A DNA stretch of 32,000 nucleotides from Formosa sp. Hel1_33_131 (GTDB lineage Bacteria > Bacteroidota > Bacteroidia > Flavobacteriales > Flavobacteriaceae). The position numbers were made by a program, and so were the translations under genes. The DNA is taken from positions 90,001-122,000 of the forward strand of contig NZ_CP017260.1 of the NCBI RefSeq assembly GCF_001735745.1, given 5' to 3'. Of this stretch, positions 9,054 to 17,981 are shown piece after piece. The notes under the pieces are model-generated. The model did no database searches. It was not told where the DNA came from and saw only the letters and a program-made list of their open reading frames with translations. Every line of letters begins with the position of its first letter. Within the stretch, counting starts at the first letter, position 1.

Positions 9054-11501
9054 TTAGAGTGTTTTTGCGTTTTTTACTTTTTGATTTGTGATCGCGATAT
9101 CGATGACTTCACTCATTTCTGAAACAAAATGAAATGTTAAGCCCTTTAGATACGTTTGATTGATATCTTCAATATCACTTTTGTTTTCTTTAGAAAGAAT
9201 GATCTCTTTGATCTTAGCACGTTTGGCAGCCAAAATTTTCTCTTTGATACCCCCTACCGGAAGTACTTTTCCTCGCAAAGTAATTTCGCCTGTCATTGCT
9301 AAACTCTTCTTTATTTTTTTCTGTGTAAATAAAGACACCAAAGAAGTTAACATCGTAATTCCGGCACTTGGACCATCTTTTGGAGTGGCTCCTTCTGGAA
9401 CGTGGATGTGTACATTATAGCTGTCAAAAATATCTGATTTTAAACCATATAAATCCGCATTTGCTTTGATATATTCCATCGCAATAGTTGCCGATTCTTT
9501 CATTACTTTTCCTAAATTCCCAGTGATATTTAAAGTCCCTTTTCCTTTAGATAAAATAGATTCAATAAATAAAATATCACCTCCTACACGTGTCCATGCC
9601 AATCCAGTAACGACACCAGCAACATCATTATTTTCGTATTTATCACGCTCTAGTTTTGCACTGCCTAAAACTTTAACAATCGCTTCGTTGGAAACCTTAA
9701 CTTCGTATGTTTCTTCCATCGCAATATTTTTGGCTGCATAACGCACCATTTTAGCGATTTGTTTTTCAAGTCCACGAACTCCTGATTCTCTTGTATAACC
9801 TTCCACTATTTTTTCTAATTGAGGTTGTGCAATTTTGAGATCGGAAGTTTTCATTCCGTGTTCTTTAATTTGCTTAGGTAAAAGGAATTTCTTTCCTATT
9901 TGAACTTTCTCTTCAATGGTATATCCACTTACATTAATAATCTCCATACGATCTAAAAGCGCAGGCTGAATGGTGTTCAAACTGTTTGATGTGGCTACAA
10001 ACATCACTTTTGAAAGGTCATACCCCATTTCTAAAAAGTTGTCGTAAAACTCCGAATTTTGTTCGGGATCTAAAACTTCTAACATTGCCGACGACGGATC
10101 TCCTTGATTGGAGCTCGATAGCTTGTCAATTTCATCCAACACAAAAACAGGATTGGAAGTGCCTGCCTTTTTTAAACTTTGCAAAATTCGTCCGGGCATG
10201 GCGCCAATATATGTTTTTCTGTGACCTCTTATTTCGGCTTCATCTCGAAGGCCTCCTAAAGAAATTCTCACATATTCTCTTCCCAAAGCTTCTGCGATGG
10301 ATTTCCCTAAGGATGTTTTACCAACACCTGGAGGTCCATATAAACAAAGGATCGGAGATTTCATGTCATTTCTAAGTTTCAAAACTGCCAAATATTCAAT
10401 AATTCGACGTTTGACTTCTTCTAAACCAAAGTGATCGCGGTCCAATATTTTTTGAGCGCGTTTCAAATCAAAATTATCTTTACTAAAAGAATCCCATGGT
10501 AAATCTAAAAACAGGTCTAAATAATTACGTTGAATTGAATACTCCGCTACTTGTGGATTCATGCGTTGTAACTTTCCAATTTCTTTATTAAAATGTGCCT
10601 CTACCTTTTCATTCCATTTCTTTTTAACGGCACGTGCTTTCATTTCTTCAATTTCCTCCTCATAGCTCACCCCTCCCAATTCTTCTTGAATGGTTTTGAT
10701 TTGCTGTTGTAAGAAATATTCGCGCTGTTGCTGATTCATGTCGCTTTGCACTTTGGACTGAATGTCGTTTTTGAGTTCTAAGCGTTGAAACTCAACATTC
10801 ATGTGCTTTAAGGTCAATAAAGCACGTTCTTGAAGGTCATGGACTTCTAGTAATTTCTGTTTTTCAACAACCAATAAATTCATGTTTGAAGACACAAAAT
10901 TGATCAAAAACGAACTGCTTTCAATGTTTTTAATCGCAAAAGATGCTTCACTAGGAATCGTTGGACTTTGCTTGATGATTTGAAGGGCAAGGTCTTTAAT
11001 CGACTCTATAATTGCTGGGAACTCCGTGGTGCTTAAAGGGCTCACTTCAGGAACATCCTGAATTTTAGCAACCATATAAGGGGTTTCTGAAACCATTTCA
11101 GAAATTTCAAATCGTTTTTTCCCTTGAATGATGACGGTCGTATTTCCGTCGGGCATTTTAAGCACTTTTAAAATACGTGCAACGGTTCCTGTTCTATAGA
11201 TGTCATCAATGCTAGGGTCTTCTACAGTCTCATCTTTTTGAGAGACCACTCCAATCACTTTTGAACCTGAATTTGCTTCGTTAATTAATTGGATGGACTT
11301 GTCGCGCCCTGCTGTAATTGGGATGACGACTCCTGGAAATAAAACAGTATTCCGTAGGGAAAGAATCGAGATTGTTTCTGGAAGGGATTCATTTTTTATA
11401 GCTTCTTCGTCTTCAGTGGTCATTAACGGAATTAACTCTGAATTTTCATCAAAGTCTTGTAATGACAAATTGTCAAGCATTGTAAATTTTGATTTGCTCA
11501 T
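9054..11501 (-). CDS. lon: ATP-dependent Lon protease (endopeptidase La)
   Basis: Lon N-terminal domain, Walker [10 protein letters not shown], Walker B FVLDEIDK, and catalytic Ser motif PKDGPSAG; 815 aa. Confidence 0.95.
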   Translation of the reverse strand: MSKSKFTMLDNLSLQDFDENSELIPLMTTEDEEAIKNESLPETISILSLRNTVLFPGVVIPITAGRDKSIQLINEANSGSKVIGVVSQKDETVEDPSIDDIYRTGTVARILKVLKMPDGNTTVIIQGKKRFEISEMVSETPYMVAKIQDVPEVSPLSTTEFPAIIESIKDLALQIIKQSPTIPSEASFAIKNIESSSFLINFVSSNMNLLVVEKQKLLEVHDLQERALLTLKHMNVEFQRLELKNDIQSKVQSDMNQQQREYFLQQQIKTIQEELGGVSYEEEIEEMKARAVKKKWNEKVEAHFNKEIGKLQRMNPQVAEYSIQRNYLDLFLDLPWDSFSKDNFDLKRAQKILDRDHFGLEEVKRRIIEYLAVLKLRNDMKSPILCLYGPPGVGKTSLGKSIAEALGREYVRISLGGLRDEAEIRGHRKTYIGAMPGRILQSLKKAGTSNPVFVLDEIDKLSSSNQGDPSSAMLEVLDPEQNSEFYDNFLEMGYDLSKVMFVATSNSLNTIQPALLDRMEIINVSGYTIEEKVQIGKKFLLPKQIKEHGMKTSDLKIAQPQLEKIVEGYTRESGVRGLEKQIAKMVRYAAKNIAMEETYEVKVSNEAIVKVLGSAKLERDKYENNDVAGVVTGLAWTRVGGDILFIESILSKGKGTLNITGNLGKVMKESATIAMEYIKANADLYGLKSDIFDSYNVHIHVPEGATPKDGPSAGITMLTSLVSLFTQKKIKKSLAMTGEITLRGKVLPVGGIKEKILAAKRAKIKEIILSKENKSDIEDINQTYLKGLTFHFVSEMSEVIDIAITNQKVKNAKTL

Positions 11502-11659
11502 AGGTATATTAGGTCATTCTGTCATAAAACAGAACTGATTTGATATTAATAGTTCGTACAAAACGGAAGTTATCTTCTTTTAACAGAGTAGAGACTTTCG
11601 TTCAGATCAATAAAGTTCAATTGTTATGCCAATTTAAGTTTTGACGGAATTAATAAGAA

Positions 11660-12976
11660 TTATTTGACATATTCCGTGGCTTTGACACGGCTTAAAACAA
11701 TGTAGGCAATCGCAAAAAAGACTGCCAATGAAAGCACCGAATATTGCATAGAATTTGTAATTGAATTGAGCAACCCAAATACAAACATCCCTAATACAAT
11801 CGCTAATTTTTCGGTGACATCATAAAAACTAAAATAAGTGGCGTGGTCATGTGTATCTGGTAACAACTTAGAGTAGGTCGAACGTCCAATGGATTGGGTC
11901 GCCCCTAGAACTAATCCTAGGACAATGCCCAAGCCATAAAAGTAGTAATCAACATACGCTTGACTCTTATCTAAAGAAAAGGCTAAAAAACAAACGCCTA
12001 ACCATATAATAAGGGTCAGTTTTAAGGTTCTGATGTTTCCGATTTTAGTGGATAATCTTGAAAATAAATAGGCCCCCAAAATAGCAACTAGTTGAACGAG
12101 TATAATCGTAAGAATTAAATTTATAGTTGGCAACCCGAGTTCATTACTTCCAAAAATCCCAGCCATCAACACAATGGTTTGAACCCCCACACTAAAACAG
12201 AAAAAGGAGACTAAAAAGTATTTTAGTTGGGGGTAATTGATTAGTTCTTTCAAAACGATTTTCAATTCTTTAAGGCCTTTCCATATAAAGTCTTTTTCTG
12301 GTTTACGATCAAACACATTGTTTGGCAATCGACGGTACGTGAATTGAGCAAAGCCCAACCACCAGATACCCACCAATAAAAAGGTAATTCGAGTTGCTAA
12401 AGCTTTGTCCGGAATTCCAAATAATTCTGGTTTTTCTACCATAAAAAGACTAAAAACAAGTAATATGACGGAGCCTGCATACCCATAAATAAATCCTTGA
12501 GCACTGACTTTATCTTGTTGTTCTGGAAAAGCGACTTCAGGTAAGTAAGCATTGTAAAACACCAAACTTCCCCAAAATCCGATGCTTGCCAAAATGGTAA
12601 ATGTGAGTGCCACCCATAAAGTTTCAGGACCTGTAAAAAAGAACAAGCACATTACGGAGAGTGCTCCCAAGAGGCAAAAGAATTTTAAAAATTTTAATTT
12701 ATTCCCCATATAATCTGCAATAGCAGAGAGGATGGGTGAACAGCAGGCCACTATTAAAAAAGAGAATGACAGTGTATAATCGTATAAGCTAATTGGATCC
12801 CAGAACATCCCTAAATAGGAAATATCGCCAGCATCGTTTGCAAATGAACTGGTCATACTATCGTAATAAATGGGGAATATTGCCGTACTAATTACTAGAG
12901 GATAAACGGAGTTCGCCCAGTCATAAAAAGCCCAAGCTTTGGTTAGTTGCTTACTTCCTTTTTCAAATTTTTTCAT
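11660..12976 (-). CDS. MFS transporter (UMF1/Atg22-like)
   Basis: 438 aa with ~12 predicted TM helices. The N-terminal WAFYDWANSVY block is typical of the UMF1 family. Confidence 0.75.
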   Translation of the reverse strand: MKKFEKGSKQLTKAWAFYDWANSVYPLVISTAIFPIYYDSMTSSFANDAGDISYLGMFWDPISLYDYTLSFSFLIVACCSPILSAIADYMGNKLKFLKFFCLLGALSVMCLFFFTGPETLWVALTFTILASIGFWGSLVFYNAYLPEVAFPEQQDKVSAQGFIYGYAGSVILLVFSLFMVEKPELFGIPDKALATRITFLLVGIWWLGFAQFTYRRLPNNVFDRKPEKDFIWKGLKELKIVLKELINYPQLKYFLVSFFCFSVGVQTIVLMAGIFGSNELGLPTINLILTIILVQLVAILGAYLFSRLSTKIGNIRTLKLTLIIWLGVCFLAFSLDKSQAYVDYYFYGLGIVLGLVLGATQSIGRSTYSKLLPDTHDHATYFSFYDVTEKLAIVLGMFVFGLLNSITNSMQYSVLSLAVFFAIAYIVLSRVKATEYVK

Positions 12977-13006
12977 AAAAAAAGCTGCTTATTTAGTTAA
13001 GCAGCT
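12977..13006 (-). terminator. Rho-independent terminator of the M48 peptidase gene
   Basis: AGCTGCTTA..TAAGCAGCT 9-bp stem. On the - strand it is followed by T7, which runs directly into the MFS ATG. Confidence 0.7.
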
Positions 13007-13043
13007 CCTAATTTAATGATTTAATTCAATTATAAAGTCAATA

Positions 13044-13859
13044 TTACCTAAAAGATGTCACTCCAAATTTACGGGCTTCTTCTTTTGCCTTGGCTGCTAA
13101 TGCTCTTAAATTGGCGATTCGAGAATCATTTGACGGGTGTGTGCTCAAAAATTCGGGAGGGCTTTTACCTCCACTATTTGCTTTCATGCGTTCCCATAAT
13201 AAAGATGCTTCATCGGGGTCATAGCCAGCAATAGCTGTGAGGTATAAACCAATTTGATCCGCCTCCGTTTCGTGCGCTCGACTAAAAGGCAGCATCCCTC
13301 CAACAGAAGAGCCAACCGCGAATGCTTGCATCCACATATTTTGTTCTGACGCACTTTTATCCTTGGTAGCCATCGCAACACCAACTCCTACCCCTTGTTG
13401 AATCATGCCTGCACTCATTCGTTGCTGACCATGGTTTGCTAAAGCATGGGCAACTTCATGTCCCATAATCGCAGCAATGGCTGCTTCATTTTTAGCAATT
13501 GGTAATATACCTGTATAAAACACGATTTTACCGCCAGGCATACACCAAGCATTCACGGCTTTATCATCGACCAAATTGTATTCCCATTTATAATCTTTCA
13601 AATACCCTTGGTGGTTATTGGCATCTAACCAACGTTCTGCAGACACTGAAATTCGCTGCCCTACTCGAGTAATCATTTCTGCATCAGGAGTTCCTTTAAT
13701 GACTTTGTGTTCAGATAGAAATTTATCGTACTCCGCAAAAGCCATTGGTAACAACTGTGTGTTTGGCATAAATGCCATGGTTTTTTTCCCCGTAAACGGA
13801 TTGGTCGCACAAGACAAACAAAAGAGGCACACTATAAAAGTTAAAAGCTGATTTTTCAT
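13044..13859 (-). CDS. M48-family zinc metallopeptidase, lipoprotein
   Basis: HEVAHAL (HExxH) motif plus a downstream E...D. The signal peptide carries the lipobox FCLSC. Confidence 0.85.
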   Translation of the reverse strand: MKNQLLTFIVCLFCLSCATNPFTGKKTMAFMPNTQLLPMAFAEYDKFLSEHKVIKGTPDAEMITRVGQRISVSAERWLDANNHQGYLKDYKWEYNLVDDKAVNAWCMPGGKIVFYTGILPIAKNEAAIAAIMGHEVAHALANHGQQRMSAGMIQQGVGVGVAMATKDKSASEQNMWMQAFAVGSSVGGMLPFSRAHETEADQIGLYLTAIAGYDPDEASLLWERMKANSGGKSPPEFLSTHPSNDSRIANLRALAAKAKEEARKFGVTSFR

Positions 13860-13931
13860 TTTTAATTGTTTTTATGTTTTTAATTAGTAAAAACGTTCTA
13901 CCGATTTGACACTGAAATAAACTTATAGTCA

Positions 13932-13939
13932 CAAATTTA
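13932..13939 (-). promoter_or_regulatory. -7 box TAAATTTG upstream of the M48 peptidase gene
   Basis: Exact TAnnTTTG match on the - strand, ~70 nt upstream of the ATG at 13859. Confidence 0.35.
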
Positions 13940-14002
13940 TGTGAAAAAAAAGTAACTGATTAAATAAATACTTATTTTTAATAAAAATTTAAAACCCTAC
14001 TC

Positions 14003-14482
14003 ATGAATATCAAAAAAATAATCTCAATTTGCATACTCAGTCTTCTATTTTCTTGTCAAACAACTGCCCAAAAAAAGGAAGTATTCCCAGTGACGAAAAC
14101 CAAGCAAGAATGGAAAATGCAACTGAGTGAACTTCAATTCCGTGTCTTGAGAGAAGCCGGCACCGAACGTGCATTTTCAAGTCCTTTAAATAAAATATAT
14201 AAGCCTGGAATTTACAGTTGTGCCGCTTGCAATACCCCTCTTTTTGACGGCGCAGATAAGTTTGATTCGGGTTCAGGATGGCCTAGTTTTGATAAAGAGA
14301 TTAAAGGAAATGTGTCTTTTTCCGTCGATTATAATATTGGGATGGCACGCACCGAAGAACATTGTGCAACTTGTGGAGGGCATCTTGGACATGTGTTTAA
14401 TGATGGACCTCGAAAAACAACTGGCAAACGGCATTGTATCAATGGCGCTGCTTTAATATTTACACCAACACCAAATGAATAA
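14003..14482 (+). CDS. msrB: Peptide-methionine (R)-S-oxide reductase MsrB, exported lipoprotein form
   Basis: Signal peptide with lipobox LLFSC. Two Zn CxxC pairs (CAAC, CATC) and catalytic RHCING. The usual resolving-Cys position reads GSGWPSF, i.e. Ser. Confidence 0.88.
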   Translation: MNIKKIISICILSLLFSCQTTAQKKEVFPVTKTKQEWKMQLSELQFRVLREAGTERAFSSPLNKIYKPGIYSCAACNTPLFDGADKFDSGSGWPSFDKEIKGNVSFSVDYNIGMARTEEHCATCGGHLGHVFNDGPRKTTGKRHCINGAALIFTPTPNE

Positions 14483-14855
14483 AACCGACAAAAATTGGAA
14501 AGAAGAATTAACGGATGAACAATACCGAATTCTTAGAAAAAAAGGCACTGAGATGCCACATTCAGGAACTTACAATCTACATTTTGAAAAAGGCACCTAT
14601 TGTTGTGCAGGCTGTAATGAACCTCTTTTTGAAAGTAGTACCAAGTTTGATGCCCATTGTGGATGGCCAAGTTTTGATGAAGCGATCAAAGGGAAAGTTG
14701 GGTATATCTCCGATAAAACTCTCGGCATGATCCGAACCGAAATTGTGTGTAAAACCTGTGAGGGTCACTTAGGACATGTGTTTAATGACGGTCCTACCGA
14801 AACCGGCACGCGCTACTGCGTCAACTCTGTGAGTTTGAAGTTTAACGATCACTAA
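14475..14855 (+). CDS. msrB: Peptide-methionine (R)-S-oxide reductase MsrB, cytoplasmic form
   Basis: No signal peptide. CxxC pairs (CAGC, CKTC), resolving Cys in HCGWPSF, and catalytic RYCVNS. The start overlaps the upstream stop within ATGAATAA. Confidence 0.9.
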   Translation: MNKTDKNWKEELTDEQYRILRKKGTEMPHSGTYNLHFEKGTYCCAGCNEPLFESSTKFDAHCGWPSFDEAIKGKVGYISDKTLGMIRTEIVCKTCEGHLGHVFNDGPTETGTRYCVNSVSLKFNDH

Positions 14856-14927
14856 ATCTGTACTTCCATGCTAGCTTTACAACTCTTTTACGCTAAGCTG
14901 TCCCTAATAAGGGAATGTGTTTGAAGT

Positions 14928-14954
14928 CCACGCTAAAGACGTGGCAGGACCACG
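14928..14954. repeat. Palindromic interspersed element, copy A (CCACGCTAAAGACGTGGCAGGACCACG)
   Basis: CCACG/CGTGG hairpin. It aligns with copy B at 25528-25553 with 3 substitutions and 1 indel. Confidence 0.55.
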
Positions 14955-15104
14955 CTAAAAGTATGGGAGGGCTTATCAAATATTTCCCTCTTTAAAAACA
15001 ATAAAATAATAGTTTTTCATTACTGAAAAAAGTTGGAGTATAAATAATTTAGATATGAAAATTGACACAGTTTTATTATATTTACAATATAATATTTTAA
15101 AATT

Positions 15105-15356
15105 ATGAACATAGAAGCAAAAAGAAATGAATTGATACAATGGATTCTTAATTTAAGTGAAGATGCTTTAAACAGAGTAGATTCAATTAAAGAGAAATTT
15201 GTAGCTGATAAAATCGTAGCTTATACAGTAGAAGGAGATCCCTTAACATTACCGGAGTATCAAGCTGAATTGGAAAAAGCTGAAAAAGAAATAGAAAGAG
15301 GTGATTACTTAACATCTGATGAATTAGAAAAAGAAATATCTACATGGGTCAAGTAG
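15105..15356 (+). CDS. Putative antitoxin / addiction-module component
   Basis: 83-aa acidic helical ORF immediately upstream of the ParE/RelE-like toxin, overlapping it by 13 nt. The call rests on position and size. Confidence 0.55.
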   Translation: MNIEAKRNELIQWILNLSEDALNRVDSIKEKFVADKIVAYTVEGDPLTLPEYQAELEKAEKEIERGDYLTSDELEKEISTWVK

Positions 15357-15637
15357 TTTGGTCTAAAAGATCTACAATTAATTTAAAGAGAATTTGGAAT
15401 TTCTATGTTAAGAGGTTGAAAACAGTGTCAGGTGCTAATAGTGTAATAAATGGTATTAAGAAAACAGGAGATGCTTTGAGCATAGATGTATTATATCAAA
15501 CAGAAGAAAACTTAAAATCAAATCAGTACAGAGCTGTTTATAAACATTTTAAGATTATCTATAAAATCAAAGATAATCGTGTTTTAATATTACAGATATT
15601 TGATAGTAGACAAACCCCAGACAAATTAAAATCTTAA
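15344..15637 (+). CDS. Type II toxin, RelE/ParE family
   Basis: 97 aa. The N-terminal VVWSKRSTINLKRIWNFY and C-terminal YKIKDNRVLILQIFDSRQ(T)P pattern is typical of ParE-like plasmid-stabilisation toxins. Confidence 0.72.
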   Translation: MGQVVWSKRSTINLKRIWNFYVKRLKTVSGANSVINGIKKTGDALSIDVLYQTEENLKSNQYRAVYKHFKIIYKIKDNRVLILQIFDSRQTPDKLKS

Positions 15638-15849
15638 TCGACAAACAATAAGTTCTTTAATATAAAATTACAGCAAAACTACAAAAGCTGAGAAGCATTT
15701 CTATTGTAAATTAATTAATCGTTTAAATTGTTGATTATCGTAGGATAAGCTAAAATAGACTACTACCCTTTTTACGGTATTTATATGATGAATACAAAGA
15801 TCGCAAAATTAGGGTGGTTGTATTTATTACTTTTTCTGCTTTTTGTAAA

Positions 15850-15857
15850 TATCTTTG
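15850..15857 (+). promoter_or_regulatory. -7 box TATCTTTG upstream of the DUF1572 gene
   Basis: Exact TAnnTTTG match. It lies inside the long ORF-track version of the gene, which argues for a downstream start. Confidence 0.4.
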
Positions 15858-15933
15858 CGATATACAAAACCTACATATAAATGTCGAAAAATTTCTAAAT
15901 TCATTTCATAATAAAAATCAATTCATAACAGAT

Positions 15934-16494
15934 TTGAAAAACAAAATCACAACCCTAGAAAGTGTATCTAAAGAATTTAACTACTATAAATCTCTAGGTG
16001 AAAAAACCATTGGACAACTTTCGGATGCCGAATTGAATTGGACTCTAAACGAAGAGAGTAATTCCGTGGCTACAATTGTCAAACATCTTTCTGGAAATAT
16101 GCTTTCGAGGTGGACAAATATTTTCAATGAGGATGGCGAAAAATCATGGCGAAATAGAGATCAAGAATTTAACAATGATACTTGGGATAAAGAAACTATT
16201 TTGGAACATTGGAACAAAGGATGGGATTGTTTTTTCAACACTTTTAATCAGTTGGTTGAAAAAGATTTAAATACCATAATCTACATCCGAAATCAGGGAC
16301 ACACAGTCCAAGAAGCCTTAAACAGGCAGTTAGCCCATTATGCCTATCATATGGGGCAACTCGTTTTTATTGGAAAACTTATCAAAAATACGGACTGGCA
16401 ATGCTTGTCAATTCCTAAAGGAACCTCTGGAGATTTTAATGCTTCAAAATTTTCAAAAGAAAAAAGCAAAACACATTTTACTGAAGACCTTTAA
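15934..16494 (+). CDS. DUF1572 / DinB-like protein
   Basis: FNYYKSLGEKT...NEESNSVATIVKHLSGNMLSRWTN...DGEKSWRNRD matches the DUF1572 pattern. There is no in-frame ATG near the N-terminus. I place the start at TTG 15934; the track uses GTG 15814. The start is uncertain. Confidence 0.7.
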   Translation: MKNKITTLESVSKEFNYYKSLGEKTIGQLSDAELNWTLNEESNSVATIVKHLSGNMLSRWTNIFNEDGEKSWRNRDQEFNNDTWDKETILEHWNKGWDCFFNTFNQLVEKDLNTIIYIRNQGHTVQEALNRQLAHYAYHMGQLVFIGKLIKNTDWQCLSIPKGTSGDFNASKFSKEKSKTHFTEDL

Positions 16495-16512
16495 TATTAC
16501 AATTAGGTTTTG

Positions 16513-16520
16513 TAAATTTG
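16513..16520 (+). promoter_or_regulatory. -7 box TAAATTTG upstream of lpd
   Basis: Exact TAnnTTTG match, 32 nt before the ATG at 16552. Confidence 0.4.
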
Positions 16521-16551
16521 CAGCTTGAAACCAATTCAAAATACCGATTTT

Positions 16552-17928
16552 ATGAGCAAATACGATGTTATCGTTTTAGGAAGTGGCCCCGGAGGTTACG
16601 TTACAGCAATAAGAGCTTCTCAATTAGGTCTTAAAACTGCAGTCATTGAGAAGGAAAGTTTAGGAGGCGTTTGTCTCAACTGGGGGTGTATTCCTACCAA
16701 AGCACTTTTAAAGTCTGCACAAGTATTTGAATACCTTAAACATGCCAATGATTACGGCTTGACGGTCAAAGAATTTGATAAAGATTTTGATGCGGTTGTC
16801 AACCGAAGTCGAAATGTAGCCGATGGCATGAGTAAAGGCGTTCAGTTCTTAATGAAAAAAAATAAAATCGATGTCATTTCTGGTTATGGAACTTTAAAGC
16901 CAGGGAAAAAAGTCGATGTTGATGGTACTGAATACAGTGCGGATCATATCATCATTGCTACAGGAGCACGCTCGCGTGAATTGCCTAATTTACCACAAGA
17001 TGGTGAAAAAGTAATTGGCTACCGAAAAGCAATGACTTTAGAGAAACAACCCAAAAAATTAATAATTGTAGGCTCTGGTGCCATAGGCGTTGAATTTGCT
17101 TATTTCTATAATTCCATGGGAACGGATGTTACGGTTGTTGAGTATTTACCTCGCATTGTACCTGTCGAAGATGAAGATGTTTCTAAACAACTAGAACGTT
17201 CGTTTAAGAAAAGTGGGATTAAGGTTTTAACATCTACGGAAGTCACTTCTGTTGATACTTCTGGTGAAGGGGTCAAAGCGACGATCAAAACAAAAAAAGG
17301 AGAAGAAGTTTTAGAAGCTGATATGGTGTTATCTGCCGTTGGAATCAAAACAAACATTGAAAATATTGGTTTAGAAGATGTTGGTATTGTAGTCGATAGA
17401 GATAAAATATTAGTCAATGATTTTTACCAAACAAACATCCCAGGCTATTATGCAATTGGCGATGTAACGCCGGGGCCTGCCCTCGCGCACGTTGCTTCTG
17501 CCGAAGGCATTTTATGTGTCGAAAAAATTGCGGGGCAACATGTAGAAGCTATTGATTACGGAAACATTCCAGGCTGTACCTATTGTACTCCAGAAATCGC
17601 AAGTGTTGGACTGACAGAAGCCCAAGCAAAAGACAAAGGCATTGATATTAAAGTTGGAAAATTTCCATTTTCTGCTTCAGGAAAAGCAAGTGCTGGCGGA
17701 CATAAAGAAGGGTTTGTAAAAGTGATTTTTGATGCCAAATATGGCGAGTGGTTAGGATGCCATATGATTGGTACCGGCGTCACGGATATGATTGCAGAAG
17801 CGGTCTTAGGTCGAAAACTTGAAACCACTGGCCATGAAGTTTTAAAAACAATTCACCCACACCCTACAATGAGTGAGGCAGTAATGGAAGCTGTAGCAGA
17901 TGCTTATGGCGAAGTGATTCATATATAA
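16552..17928 (+). CDS. lpdA: Dihydrolipoyl dehydrogenase (E3)
   Basis: FAD motif VIVLGSGPGGY, redox disulfide GGVCLNWGCIPTK, NAD motif VGSGAIGVE, and C-terminal HPHPTMSE. The ATG at 16552 is preferred over the TTG at 16525. Confidence 0.93.
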   Translation: MSKYDVIVLGSGPGGYVTAIRASQLGLKTAVIEKESLGGVCLNWGCIPTKALLKSAQVFEYLKHANDYGLTVKEFDKDFDAVVNRSRNVADGMSKGVQFLMKKNKIDVISGYGTLKPGKKVDVDGTEYSADHIIIATGARSRELPNLPQDGEKVIGYRKAMTLEKQPKKLIIVGSGAIGVEFAYFYNSMGTDVTVVEYLPRIVPVEDEDVSKQLERSFKKSGIKVLTSTEVTSVDTSGEGVKATIKTKKGEEVLEADMVLSAVGIKTNIENIGLEDVGIVVDRDKILVNDFYQTNIPGYYAIGDVTPGPALAHVASAEGILCVEKIAGQHVEAIDYGNIPGCTYCTPEIASVGLTEAQAKDKGIDIKVGKFPFSASGKASAGGHKEGFVKVIFDAKYGEWLGCHMIGTGVTDMIAEAVLGRKLETTGHEVLKTIHPHPTMSEAVMEAVADAYGEVIHI

Positions 17929-17951
17929 ACACAACGCACATATTATAAATT

Positions 17952-17980
17952 AAAGACGATCTGAAAAGACCGTCTTTTTT
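17952..17980. terminator. Hairpin terminator between convergent lpd (+) and aroQ (-)
   Basis: AGACGATC..GACCGTCT stem with one mismatch, followed by TTTTTT. Confidence 0.55.
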
Positions 17981-17981
17981 G

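Noticed and set aside
9160-11538. Four + strand ORFs (9160-9420, 9466-9741, 9986-10375, 11293-11538) inside lon
   Set aside because: They are antisense shadow frames of a confidently called 815-aa Lon protease, and their translations look non-protein-like.
14996-15651. Shared 9-mer AAACAATAA (14996-15004 and 15643-15651) as possible direct repeats flanking the toxin-antitoxin pair
   Set aside because: It is too short and too AT-rich to distinguish from chance, and it does not extend on either side. The boundaries of that patch remain undefined.
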